A DNA stretch of 53,876 nt, counting the filler, from Jimgerdemannia flammicorona (taxonomy: Eukaryota), in assembly GCA_003990765.1 (NCBI GenBank). It is 3 parts of 3 records of this genome, joined end to end, with 100 filler letters (N's around TTAATTAATTAA, not from the genome) between each part and the next. Parts side by side here need not be neighbours in the genome. Positions count along the whole stretch, not along the records: positions 1 to 17,893 come from RBNJ01002371.1; 2 more parts are not named here. One strand, written 5' to 3'. The notes beneath the pieces are model-generated. The model was given only the letters and a program-made list of their open reading frames with translations. It did not search any database and was not told the origin of the DNA. The translations under genes and the position numbers were made by a program. This document shows, piece by piece, positions 1 to 12,681 of the stretch. Every line of letters starts with the position of its first letter. The first letter of the stretch is position 1.

Positions 1-498
1 CCATTTAATCTAGGCTAGTTATTGTCTAGCAGCTTGATTATATCAGACACAGCAGAGCCTAAAGTGACCTATATCTCATTCTATACACCATACTCTCCCT
101 ACTACCAAAGAGAACTCAGCCATATATCAATGATCAAAAGTATATACTCAAAACTCCAACATATATATAAGACCATACTTGAGTCAAATAGAAAAGCCCC
201 TACCACCTCAAGGAGAATGATAGATAAAGAAAAAATTCTCATCAAAGTACATTATAGTAGATAGAACCTGGTTCTTCCAGTTAAGGTGAGTAAAGAACTT
301 ATATATGAGATGAGAGGAGACCCCCAATACCCCACTCCTCAAGTCTATAGGCCTCAATCATATTGCTATATCAGCTTCTAGTTTCAGTTGAGTATAGTTA
401 AGATGTCTAAAATAGATAGCCTTGGGCCCTCTGATCCCCCCCAATGACTAGAGCCTAACCTTATAAATTACCAAAAAAAGCTATAAGTGATACCTACT
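1..498 (-). mobile_element. Fragment of polyA retroposon family C (same family as 3709-4873)
   Basis: Aligns by eye to ~3815-4310 with mostly transition differences; abuts the Gypsy RNase H remnant. Confidence 0.8.
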
Positions 499-2110
499 AT
501 ATATCTACCTAGAGTTCATCCTGTAGATAGATATAAGTACTATAGGACTTGGAGCAGTTCTAGCTCAGAAGAAAGATAGATATAAATATATCATCTCTTA
601 TATAAGCTGAGATATTTGTAGAGCAGAACAAATCTATAAGTTATGCAAGCTTGAATACTTGGCAGTAGTTTGGATAGTAGACAAGTTCCACTACTATCTA
701 GCTGGGAAACACTTCTCTATTCAAACAGACCATTCTACTCTTGTCTGGCTATTCTATATACTAAACCCTAAAGGAATATATGCCAGATAGATCTACATGC
801 TGTAAGAGTATGATTATACTATCAAGCACTGCTCAGAGAGAACTAACACCAATGCTGATATACTTTCAAGGACACCTTGAAATACCTCCATCAAGACTAT
901 TCAATATGAATAAGAAGTTATACTATAAATTAATCAGCTATCTTAGACAGCAGAAGATGCCCAATCACCTCAAACCCTGGACAATCACTATTATCAACTA
1001 GACTTAGAAATAATTTGAACTAGATAACACTATACTCAGAAAAGGAGAAAAGCTTATAATATCTGAATATAAAAAGTATCAAGTAATAAAGGAAGTACAT
1101 GAATAAGGATACCTAGAAGAAATCAATACATATATATAATAAGGTAAGAAGAACTATATAGTAGCCCAAGATGGAAGAAGACCTGTACCAATTTGTCAAA
1201 GGGTGTAATAAGTATCAAAAACAGAAACAAGATCAGTAAGATCAGATATCTAAGTTATCAAGAATTCAGTCTATCCCCTTCTATTACATTATAATAGATA
1301 TCATTGGGCCACTACCAGTAACACTATCAGGAAACTACTACATTATAGTTATTGTAGACCTCTTTACTAAATAGATAGAAGCAGGAGTATTACAAGAAGC
1401 CAATGCCCTCTCTATAGCTGACTTCCTATACTGAGAAATCATCTGCCACTACAAGACACCAAGGCAAATCACCACAGATCACAGTATGGAATTTTTCAAT
1501 GGATTCTATGAGATAATATATCAGAAATATAAGATTCAGTACATTAAGATCACTAATATCACCAATATCACCCTCAAGAAAATGGACAGATAGAGAGAAT
1601 CAACAAGACTCTCAAGAACATCCTGGCAAAGATCTCAGACATATATGAGAATTAGGATAACTATCTCCCAACTGCCCTCTCTGTTCTATAAGATATATGA
1701 TCACAGAGTACACACTTTACCCCAAGAGAACTGCTCTTCAGAGAAGAAGATTCTGATAGAACTTTAACCACAAATCTAGACCTAACTTGGAGATAGGTTG
1801 ACTCAGAAATCCAGAGACTATACCAAATCAGAAAGAAGGCTGAAGATTACATCATCAAGTCATAAGTACTGATAAAGAAGAATATAGAAAAAAATTACAA
1901 GACCCTAGAACCCATCCAAATTAAAGAAAAGGTCCTACTGTATCAAAATATAGTAGAAGTCTCATGGTTATGAAAACTGGAGTCCAAATAGGAAGAACTC
2001 TTCTATGTGCAAGATATCAAGGAAACTACCTTCTGGCTTAGAAAAATCTCAGAGACTATACTGCCTACTACAGTACATAGAAACAGACTCAAGAAGTACC
2101 ATAAACCTAT
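499..2110 (+). pseudogene. Ty3/Gypsy pol remnant (RNase H + integrase) of element A
   Basis: FIL*IDISTIGLGAVLAQ (~515); LEYLAVVWIVDKFHYYLAGKHFSIQTDHSTLVWL (650); IDIIGPLPVTLSGNYYIIVIVDLFTK (~1295); YHPQENGQIERINKTLKNILAK (~1567); HRNRLKKY (~2076); many stops and frameshifts. Confidence 0.93.
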
Positions 2111-2634
2111 ATAAGAGAAGTAAAATATAATAATTACCTATGAGGTTCTAGTCCATGAATTGTAACAGTATGTCCTATGACTAGTAGGCAATCTGTCTGG
2201 ACCATTCTCTAAGAGATACAGCACCAGCAACTACTTATCCATGAGACTTTTGAAGCCAGAGAAGTTTGAACTATCAACTGATTAGTTAAGATCAGAATCA
2301 GGCCCTTGCTCTATATAAAGGAAGTGACCCTTCACCATCATGTCAAAATATATAGAGAAGATGCCAGTCTATAAATACCACTTTTTGACTCCCTACTAGA
2401 GGTTATGAGATCAGCAAATTTTTCAGGACTGGACCAATAAATAAGGATGTTCAAAAAGATTCTTATTCAGGAGAAAGATGTAACAGTGACCTCAAAATGA
2501 TAATATCAATACAGAAGACAGCCTTCCTTACAAGTCACCAGATCAGAGTACAAGAAGATTATATGATATAACTCATCTAGGCTACCAGATGAGCAATGAT
2601 GACCAACTGTGAGTTATTATAACCACAGTACAGG

Positions 2635-5289
2635 TATAAGTATACAATCTCCAAGCCACCAAAATCATATGTCATCCTTAGAACTAATTTGGAAACCATA
2701 TGTGAGACTATAAAACAAGTTACTGAAGAGATTACCTAGTTACACAAAATATGCCAGCAAGCATGAGAACCTACTGCCAAGATACAAGAATACCAGAAGA
2801 AGTACTATAACCATAAGACTAACCCTGAACTACTATAACTAGTTTTAGTATACCATACTATTACAAAAGAAAACTGAAGTACCAAACTCAAACTAGGATG
2901 AGAAGAACCCTATCTCATCTATCAAAGGTTCATGAACTATACTTATTAACTCAAGACTAAGATACACTGCAACTATATAAAGACCTCATTACTTAGTAGA
3001 AGCAAAATGTATTTGAACAACCCTATTTGCTCTATCTGTATTACCTCTGTTAGAGAATGATGGATGCTTTATCTGAACTCAAGAAAGCCAACATTGTTGA
3101 AACCAATCTCAAGCCCATCCACATGATAGATATGACTATTAGAAATTGTCTTAGATTATAGAAAATATCATTTCTGAGAGGTTTGAACCTCCAGCCATAA
3201 CATTGGGAGCCCTTGCCCTAGACAAGAATGGCCAGTCCTCATAAATATACCAGCAGTCCAAAAAAAAAAGAGAACCAAGACCTATTATCCTTATATAACC
3301 ACTATAGCCTTAATCTTATAAGAGATAGAGATGATAATACCTTTGAAACTAATGATGTTAGAAGTCAGAAAACTGCTCAGAAATAATATCATCAATAGTA
3401 ATATCATTAAAGACTACTCAGATAGCATCTAAATCTATAAATAGCTTAGCAGTCATAGTATAGTTATATTAGCCTTATATAACATAACTGTGAACTGACT
3501 TAGCAGTCAGATAATTCCTTAATATATCAGATCATACTTATATTATGTTACTGTATTCTGACTCAGCAAGGTACTAAGTACTATATTCATATTTAGTCTA
3601 GTCCAGATAGCCTCTCACTAGTATAAATACCCCCTCTTCCAGACCTTAAAATCTTAGACTCAAATATACAAGAATATTCCTGAATACTTCTCTACAATAT
3701 TCTTTCATTTTTTTATTTTATTTTATAGACTCAGAGTCCAGCAGATTTTTATTAGAAGGGAACCTAGACTATATAGACCAAAACTCTCTCCTACTACTCA
3801 TCAAGTACTGCCCCCCTATTAACCTAGGCTAGCTATTGTCCAGCAGCTTGACCATACCAGATACAGTAGGACCTATGGTGGCCTATACCTCATTCTACAC
3901 ACCATACTCTTCCTACCACCAGGGAGAACCCAGCCATATACCAATAACCAAAAGTGTATACCCAAGACCCCAATGTATGTACAAGACTATGCCTGAGCTG
4001 AATAGAATAGTCCCTACCACTCCAAAGAGAACAACAGGTAAAGAAAAACTCTCATCAGAGTATATCACAGTAGATAGAGCCTGGTTCTTCCAGTCAAGGT
4101 GAGTAAAGAACTTATATATGAGATGAGAGGAGACCCCCAATACTCTACTACTCAAGTCTGTGGGCCTCAATCACATTGCCATATCAGCTTTTGGTTCTAG
4201 TTAAGTACAGTCAAGATACCTGAAATGGGTAGCCTTGGGCCCCCCAATCCCCTCCAATGATCAGGGCCCAACCCACTAAATTACCAAAAGAAGCTAAGAG
4301 TAATACCTACCACCTAACCACTTCATACCAATCAAAAGGCCCCACCAAAACAGCATCTACCCCAGCCCCAATGACTGCCCCCAGCCTAGCATCCTACTGG
4401 TTCACTATAATCACTCTTTCTCCTATCTGTGACAGCCATCTCTTCTCCCATTTACCTATGCCAGAACTACACTTACCAGAAAGCTCACCAAAGCCAGAGG
4501 GCTCCACCATAGGCATTGAGGATCTGCAGGTAATCTATACTGGGCACTTGATGCCTAAGATTGGCTAACTCTCTATATAACCCATAATATACCAAGACAG
4601 TATCTTATTAGTAATGACAAAAGGAAGAAAGTGCCACACCAAAACAGATATACTCCAGATATAGCCAAAGATACCAGAAACTGTGAAAAAGTGGAGAAGA
4701 CACTGATTGGACACCAATAAAGGGGCAACTCATCACCACTGCCTCCCTCTCACTACTCTACAATAGATACAGCAAACCAACCTGAGGTAGAGGGGGTAAT
4801 AATTGTAGAAAGTAGACTTGGAAGGTTGTCTACTAAATCATTATGACTAGTAAGGTAGCAGAGAAAGAGACTGTACAATATTCCTTCATATAACTACTTC
4901 TAGTATAGCAATATTATGAATAACAAATAAATCTATTTAATAACCCACAAACTATTCTTAAGTAAATTTGCTCTCTGTTAGATCTCACTCTTAACTCTAT
5001 TACAAAATTTCCTAATTAGGTATTGTCTGCAGCAATATGCCAATTCAACTAAGCTGGTCTTAGTTTCTTGAACTTCCTGAAATACAGAAAATCCTGAATA
5101 TCCAGAAATAGTCCAAATAAGGACTTTGGTTGAGATATCAACCCAATCTTAAAATCAATAAGTGTAGAGGATATACTCTATATGAAATTGATCTTGATCT
5201 TAAGAAAACAGTCTTCCAGAATATCCAGAACTTCCAGAAAACCCTTTTAGAACTACATAATAGTTACCTTAACAAGTAACCCTCTTACA
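2635..5289 (+). repeat. 5' LTR of element B (interrupted by retroposon C)
   Basis: 2635-3708 plus 4890-5289 align to 8657-10142. Confidence 0.9.
3709..4873 (-). mobile_element. Polyadenylated non-LTR retroposon, family C (~1.17 kb)
   Basis: 16-bp TSD TACAATATTC(T/C)TTCAT at 3693-3708 and 4874-4889; T-rich tail at ~3708-3726 with AATAAA upstream on the minus strand; absent from the 3' LTR copy. Confidence 0.88.
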
Positions 5290-6169
5290 ACTTGGTAACA
5301 GTAGTTTACAATCCAATTCTGCTTCAAGACACTTTCTCACCCCACTACAAACCTCTCTGAGAATTTCTACAAGTTGGTATAAAGCCCAACCTCTGAACTA
5401 GAATTTATCCTGAACTATCTGACAATCTGGAGAGAATTGAATCTGATATATAAGGAAAATTTGACCTCTATACCTGTAATAAGTGGGACAGACTTCATTC
5501 AAAGAAAGAAGTACTCTAATTAAATCAGCAGATAGGTGAAACCCTATACACCAAACTCCTTGCTCTACACCCTGTAAGTCAAGATGAAGAAGGTCTTATA
5601 GAAGTCTTCTTTACTCTTCTCAATAAGAGTTTTATCAGCTCCACAAATCTGAGTGACTTAGGATAACTAGCAGCAGTCTTTCTAGTCTTAGTTCCTCATG
5701 AAGTCCAAGCCTCCATAGCCAAGTAGCTCAACTCTACCAACTTTCACTGTACCAGAACCAAGACCACATTATACTACCAATTTCAGAATAGTAAGACCTA
5801 CTATATTCTTAAGGAAGAAGCAAGACAAACCCTTCATCAACAATCTGACTCTGAACCAGAAGCAGGCTCTGCTATAGCTCTACCTGAACCTAAAACCAAT
5901 ACTAAACCAGAACTTGACTTTGAATTAAGTCTATCTGAAATCAGATATATAACTAACTCTGTCTACTTCAATGCTAAATAAATCCAACTATATGGAAACC
6001 AAGCTGAAGAAGAGGAGGAGTATCTTAGTGAATTCAATCCTGGATATACCACAAAGGAGATGCACCTCTATCAGGACAGAACACACCTATACAGCAACAA
6101 ATAGCTAATTATTGAGCCCTTACTCCAGACCCATAACTACTACTCCAGTAATTTATACAGACTCAAAGA

Positions 6170-7215
6170 ACACCCTCACATTCTGCACTAGTACCTCAAG
6201 TAGTACTGATAATACTACTACCAGTAGTCCAATCATCTCTAGCAAATAATATAGCAAACCAACAGATTCTAGATCTCACAGCCCAGGTAGCCATAATGGT
6301 AGCAACCATTACTGCCTTAGCTGAACAGACCCAACCTATCAAAAATCTGAGCCTACCTATCTTCAATAGTACTGCACAAGAAGTCCAAAGCTTCATTAGT
6401 ATAGTTAATACCAACTTTGAAGCCAATCAATAAACCAATGAGTGAGTTGCTGACTGCTTTCTGATAAATGATCAAGATCACACTCTGGAACAACTCTTTG
6501 CTGCTACTACAGCCTATATTCATCAAGTTGTTACATTCTTCTGAGAACCTGCTGAAGAATAATAGCAAACCCTTTCTGAAAAACCCCTCACATAGGACAC
6601 TTGACCTGCAATTGTTACCCAGAATACAGCAAATAATGCCCCAGAATATGGAGCCCATCCTGTAACTCCTGGACTCAAACAACTCATGATTACTGAATCT
6701 TAAGTCAAACTCCATAATCTCAAATTTGATATATATGGCAAGGAAGAATTTGAAACCTTCTATACAAAACTTAAGTTACTCCTGAATACTATTGGCCTAG
6801 AATATATTGCCAATGATGAAGTATGAAATAGTACAAGAGCAGACCATCTATTTAATGTACTATCTGAATGGCTTATAAGAAAAATCTGAGAACAAGGATA
6901 CTCAGTTAGTTGTGATTACCAACAATAGTGCCTGGTAAGAATCAAGACTATAGTTAAGTGAATTCTGACAACTGGACCAATTCTGCCTCAAAGACAATTC
7001 AACAATAAGAAAAAGACTTGGACTAAGAAAGAAGAACCCAAGTATGAAGCATCCTGAGCTCTCTTTATATCCATCTCTTGGATACCCTGAAATCATAAAC
7101 CTACCCAGCCAAGTACCTTCAAGAAACTCACTGAAGGAGAAAGAAATGAACTTTGAAGAAGCAGAGTATACTTCTATGCTGAAAGATAGGACACATAGCC
7201 AGTGCCTACCCTAAC
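6170..7215 (+). pseudogene. gag remnant of element B
   Basis: Broken frame with LPIFNSTAQEVQSFISIVNTNF and a decayed zinc knuckle YFY..KIGHIASAYP (~7168-7210), upstream of dUTPase and protease. Confidence 0.6.
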
Positions 7216-7289
7216 TAAAAACTCTGAACAGCAATATGAGCAACTGTTACTACTCTATACCATCTCAACAATCTGACTATCAAGACATT

Positions 7290-7700
7290 GAACTTTGTCA
7301 AGTTAAGGCAAACTACCAAGGCCCCAATCAAAGGAAGTCAAAAGACAGCTGGATACATATGACCTATATGCAGTTGAAGAAGCTATAGTTTCCAACTGAG
7401 AAGTCAAGCAAGTCTATACAAGAATTAGCATCCAAATCCCTGAAGGACATGTTGGAAGAATATGCTATTGCAGCAGCCTAGTATTGAAAGGACTCTCAGT
7501 AGAAGGAGGAGTTATTGATAAAGATTACATAGGTGAAATTATTGTCCTCATCCAAAATCATAGTTGGACATCCTTCAAGATCCCTATTGGTTTCTGTATT
7601 GTACAGATTCTATTTGAGAAAATCAAATCAACCCTGATAGTTAAGGAAGTCCCTGAACTACTACTCACTATCCAAGGATCCAAAGGATTTGACTCATCAA
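7290..7700 (+). pseudogene. dUTPase domain of element B (decayed)
   Basis: TAGY/DLYA, ISIQIPEGHVGRI..SSL..KGLSVEGGVIDKDYIGEIIVLIQN, GFCIVQILF, TIQGSKGFDSS match the trimeric dUTPase motifs. Confidence 0.88.
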
Positions 7701-7929
7701 ACAAGGCTCCAGCCCAACTTACTATGAGCAAAAAAGAACAATTCTATAAGAAAATTGAAGATAGATATATACTCAGTGGCCAATACTCCCATGGTATTAG
7801 AATGTACTCTTCTCAAATGATTGGTGATTACTTCTTTTGTGTCAATGAACTGGCTCAAAGAAGAACTAACAGAAGAAAAGCTCTTACAATTAAAATCATC
7901 ACTATTAGATCAGACAAACTACTTACACT

Positions 7930-8260
7930 TCAAGCTTTTGTCAACTGAGTATCTGTCAAGATTATGATAGACAGTAGTGTCTCAGGCAACTTTATCAATA
8001 AAGAAACAGCCACAGACTCAAGGTCCTGATATCTCTGGTACAACAAACTCAAGCAGTTGCTATAGCTAATGGAACCTTTTATGTCATTAGCAAGGAAGTC
8101 CACAACCTGCCCTTCTGAATTGGTAACTACCAAGTACATATTACCCTCTAGATCATACCACTTCCTGATAATGAAATCATCCTTGGAACCCTATGGTTAA
8201 AATAAGAGAACCCTATAATTGATTGGGTAAACCATTCTCTGATCATCAAGAAAAGACATC
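7930..8260 (+). pseudogene. Aspartic protease remnant of element B
   Basis: KIMIDSSVSGNFIN (decayed DSGA) at ~7958 and ILGTLWLK*ENPIIDW at ~8180. Confidence 0.8.
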
Positions 8261-8529
8261 ACAACTTCAAACTGTAAGGTAAAAAAGACTCACTCAGCTC
8301 TAGTAACTCTGGACCAAAGATCACCCATATAAACAAGCTACAGCTCAAGAAATTGGCCAAGAAATGCTCTCTTTTTGCCATCTCCATCCACCCATCCAAA
8401 GGAGAATCTGAGAACTCTGAAGAAGACTTTTCCAAAGTTGACAGCTATATTAGACCCTTACTCTAGAAAGTCTAAGATACAATTCTGAACTGAACTACAA
8501 AACCACCTATACCTGTTATTATTAATAAC

Positions 8530-8625
8530 TAAGAAGAATATAAATTTGAATAAATTCTCAACAAACATAGCCACAAGAACCATCCAAATGGTACAACAAT
8601 ACTAGATCAAATTAGAAGGCCTCAA
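8530..8625 (+). pseudogene. Chromodomain remnant just upstream of the PPT
   Basis: EEYKFE*ILNKH...QQY*IKLEG resembles EEYEVEKILDHR...YLVKWKG. Confidence 0.55.
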
Positions 8626-8656
8626 TGAGGATATCAAAAGCTAAAAAGGAGAGAGT

Positions 8657-10142
8657 TGTAAGCACACAACCTCCAAGCCACCAAAATCGCATATTATCCT
8701 CAAAACTAATTTGGAAACCACATATGAGACTACAAAACAAGTTACTGAAGAGATCACCTAGTTATATAAAATTTACTAGCAAGCACAAGAACTTACTACT
8801 AAGATACAAGAATACCAGAAGAAGTACTATAACCACAAGACTGACCCTGAACTACTACAACTAGTTTTGGTATACTGTACTATTATAAAAGGAAACTGAA
8901 GTATCAAACTCAAACCAGGATAAGAAGAACTCTATCTCATCTATCAAAGATTCATGAACTGTACTTATTAACTCAAGACTAAGATACACCACAACTATAC
9001 AAAGACCTCATTACTTAGTAGAAATAAAATACATTTGAATAACCCCATTCACTTTATCTGTATCATTTCTATTGAAGAATGACAGATGTTTCATCTGAAC
9101 TCAAGAAAGCTGACATTGTTGAAACCAATCTCAAGCCCATCTATGTGATAGATATTACTACTAGAAATTGCCTCAAATTACAGAAAATATCATTTCTGAG
9201 AAGTTTGAACCCTCAGCCATGACATTGGGAGCCCTCATCCTAGATAAAGATAGCCAGTCCTTACAAATATGCTAGTAGTCCAAAAAAAAAAAAAAGAACC
9301 AAGACCTGTTATTCTTATACAACTATCACTACCAAGGACAGCCTTAATCTTACAAGAGATAGAGATGATGATACCTTTGAAACTGATGATGTCAGAAGTC
9401 AGAAAATTGCTCAGAGATGATGTCATCAATAGTGATATCATCAAAGACTACCCAGACAGCATCTAAATCTATAGATAGCTTAGCAGTCATAGTATAGTTA
9501 GATTAGCCTTATAAAATGTGACTGTAAACTAACTCAGCAGTTAGATGATCTCTTGATATGTCAGATTACACTTATAATATGACTATATTCTAACTCAGCA
9601 AGATACTAAGTACTATATCTATATTCAGTCTAGTCCAGATAGCCTCTCACTAGTATAAATACCCCCTCCCCTGGACCTCAAAATCTCAGACTCAAATACA
9701 TAAGAACATTCCTGAATACTTCTTCACAATATTCCTTACACAACTACTTCTAGTATAACAATATCATAATAATAAATAAACCTATTTAATAACTCACAAA
9801 CTACTCTTAAGTAAATCTGCTCTCTATTAGGTCCCACTCCTAACCCTATTACATATGAAATTTCCTAATTAGGTATTGTCTGCAGTGATATGCTAATTCA
9901 ACTAAGCTAGTCTTAGTTTTTTGAACTTTCTGAAATACAGAAAATCCTAAATATCCAGAAATAGTCCAAATAAGGACTTTGGTTGAGATATTAATTTAAT
10001 CTTGAAATCAATAAGCATAGAGGATATACTCTATATGAAATTGATCTTGACCTTAAGAAAATAGTCTTCCAGAATATCCAGAACTTCTAGAAAATCCTTT
10101 CAGAACTATATAATGGTTATCCTAATAAGTAATCCTCTTATA
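8657..10142 (+). repeat. 3' LTR of element B
   Basis: TGTAAG start after the PPT; CTTATA end followed by TSD ACAGG; TATA-like GTATAAATACCCC at ~9653. Confidence 0.92.
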
Positions 10143-11699
10143 ACAGGCATCTTGAGGAATATAAAAGAAAGACTAAAGAACTGTAGTAGCAGTAACTCAA
10201 TAAGACCCACCAATTCCAAAATAGCTCAAAGACTTACTATAAATAAAATGCTTACTACTTACCAAATCTCAAGGTCAAGGAACTATTAAGATATCTCAGT
10301 CAAAGAAAGGATGTTCTAAGATATCTGAAGAGCCATAAGAACCTACACTATAAGGACTCCTAGTGTCAACCTGGGTACCAGGAATCCTTATTATTTTATT
10401 CTCTACCATTATGAAATAGAAATAAGGATCACCATTACTACTAAATATCTCCAAATATAGCAGGAGTACAAAATAAGAAACCTTCTCTACCAGAAGTTCC
10501 TACAGGCCAGTCCTCAAGAGTTACAAGATGCCACTTCTATGGATATATAAAACAAGGATAGCTAAGAAGATTCATCAGATCTTCAGACATGTACTATGGT
10601 CAATCTCCAACTTGGAGTATGTTAGAGTCTCAGACTTCAAAGATCTGTCAGCCTGCTATATCAATGCACTAGAAGCCAGAGTGGCTACAGAAGTCCAGTC
10701 TACTATCACCCTCAATAGTGATGAAGTAGAAGACTTCTGATATCTCATCCTCCAGGATAACTCAGATCAATTCCTGCAAGAATTGATCTCAGTATTTTAA
10801 GGCCCAAGCATCCAGGTTAGATCTTCCCAAGACCCTATATTTGTTTCTTATTTTGTAGAAGAGAACCTCATAGACTGGAGAGCCCCAGATCTCCTCACTC
10901 TCTCTACTGCTGCCAAACATGATAATGTTATCAGTGATGATATCATCTTATATAATATATACAAACTATATGATATATATATGCAAAATGAGCAATCTAT
11001 GATGAGACTGAAATATTCATAGATCTCATCTCCTTTAGTAATAATGAAGATAAAGCCTCTATAGTTCTGAACATTCTGCTCTAAGTCCCTTGGTTATACT
11101 GAATTATACCAGCATTCTTTTCCTGTGTAACAGCTGTTCCTCTACTGGTATTCTGATCTTGTGTAACTTAGAATTATTTCAGCACTCTTTTTCTATATTA
11201 TTAAAATTATACCAGCATCCTGAATATCTATGCCAATACTAAAACTTAGTAGTTTTCTATATTCTAGTATTTTATTTAGTTATTGGAATTTATATTTAGC
11301 TTTATATCTTAACAACTATTGAATTATATTTTGTATAAATACCCCTCTTATTTCCTTCAAAATAAAGTCAGTCTACTTAGTATAATATATACAATTCCTT
11401 GTAAGCAATCTAAAGAGATAATAAGATAGTTTAAAGATAAGAAGTTTGAGAACTATAAGACTTTGAGAAGGTACTTCAATAAGAACTTACTTATAACAAA
11501 CTTGAGTTAGTCTAAGAGATATATATATCTTGAAGAGAATCTGATATATTTGAAATTCTTAGTGACTACTATATAACAATATATATGTATATATATATAT
11601 TCACATTTATGTTTATGAATATATCTATGAATATTTTCTCTTATGTTCTTCTGTTTATATATATAAGTGAATTATATGATAAGTTTCATTTGTTTATAG

Positions 11700-11978
11700 A
11701 ATTCAAATCAGATGATTCAAATCCAGCTAAGATTTAAATTCAGTGATTCAAATTCAGTAATTTAAATTTAGTAATTCAAATCTAATGACTCAAATCACTA
11801 GTTTGGAGGTTTAGATCAGAGTACTTACAATTTAAACTGATTTGAATTAATCATATAATGAATTTGAACTAATTCTAATCAGTTTGAATTGATCATATGA
11901 TTAATTTGAATCAGTTCAAATCAGGAATAGTCACAATTTAAACTGGTTCAAACTGACTCATTCAAAGCACTACCCCTA
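11700..11978. repeat. AT-rich short-motif repeat (ATTCAAAT/TTTGAA), possibly the decayed subterminal region of a DNA transposon
   Basis: ~13-bp periodic GATTCAAATTCAGT units and inverted TTTGAA/TTCAAA motifs ending in CACTACCCCTA. Confidence 0.4.
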
Positions 11979-11979
11979 G

Positions 11980-12643
11980 GTATTAGATAGTGTGGTGGTA
12001 GTTCTTGAGAAATAATGTAATGTTAAACTACCAGACAGACTAGATGGCAGTCAATGGGTGCTGGGATTGTGAATGGTGTGCTGAGATCTCTGGAGAGATA
12101 GTTCAGACTCCAGAATATATCTTGGTGGTCTGTCCTAGAGTGGAAGGTTTTTGGCAGACTTTAGAGAAATACTGAGGATCTAAGAGAGGGCAGCTGGGGG
12201 ATTTGGTCAGTGTGGTCATCTGGAGAAGACTGATAGGGGAAATTGGTGATATTTGGGGTAGTGTTGGGTGGATCTTAAGAGTATAGATCTTGATGGCATC
12301 ATACTGGTAGTAGGTTTTTGAGAGTAAACATTGGATGAGAATTGGGGACTTAGTGGAGCAATAGTGTTGACTTCTGAGAGAGATAGTGCAAGGGTGGTGG
12401 TACCAAGGGAGGTGGCAGGAGTTAGGGGTAGCAAAGAAGATATAGGATATTGTCTTAGAGAGTCAGGGTCATTTGGTACTAGGTGAGGGTGGGGTACAGT
12501 GGAAAATTGGTATGGGTTGATGAGTCCTTAAGGGTTTGGTGGACTCTTTTTGGAGTGTGGCTGTGGGTGGTCAATGGGATTTGTAAATTGTTTAATGTTC
12601 TTATAGATTGGTTATGGGGTGCTAGGCTTCTTCTACCTTGTTG

Positions 12644-12681
<38 letters not shown>
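11980..12681 (+). mobile_element. 3' end of a LINE (ORF2 C-terminal zinc knuckle, 3' UTR, (AAT)12 tail)
   Basis: DCEWCAEISGEIVQTPEYILVVCPRVEGFWQ at ~12065 is a decayed CxxC..ET..H....C motif; G-rich strand; (AAT)12 at 12646-12681. Confidence 0.75.

Larger units (their letters stand above)
2635..10142 (+). mobile_element. Complete, internally deleted chromovirus-like Ty3/Gypsy element B
   Basis: Two ~1.49-kb LTRs with T(G/A)TAAG...CTTA(C/T)A ends; 5-bp TSD ACAGG at 2630-2634 and 10143-10147; PBS-like TGGTAACAG after 5289; PPT AAAAAGGAGAGAG before 8657; gag, dUTPase, protease and chromodomain remnants; no RT/RH/IN seen. Confidence 0.92.
2479..11578 (+). repeat. 3' LTR of Gypsy element A (~1.59 kb: 2479-2634 + 10148-11578), interrupted by element B
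   Basis: Starts TGTAAC right after purine tract AGGAGAAAGA; the joined halves are colinear with the reverse complement of solo LTR 43428-45010; TATA-like GTATAAATACCCC at ~11333. Confidence 0.88.
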
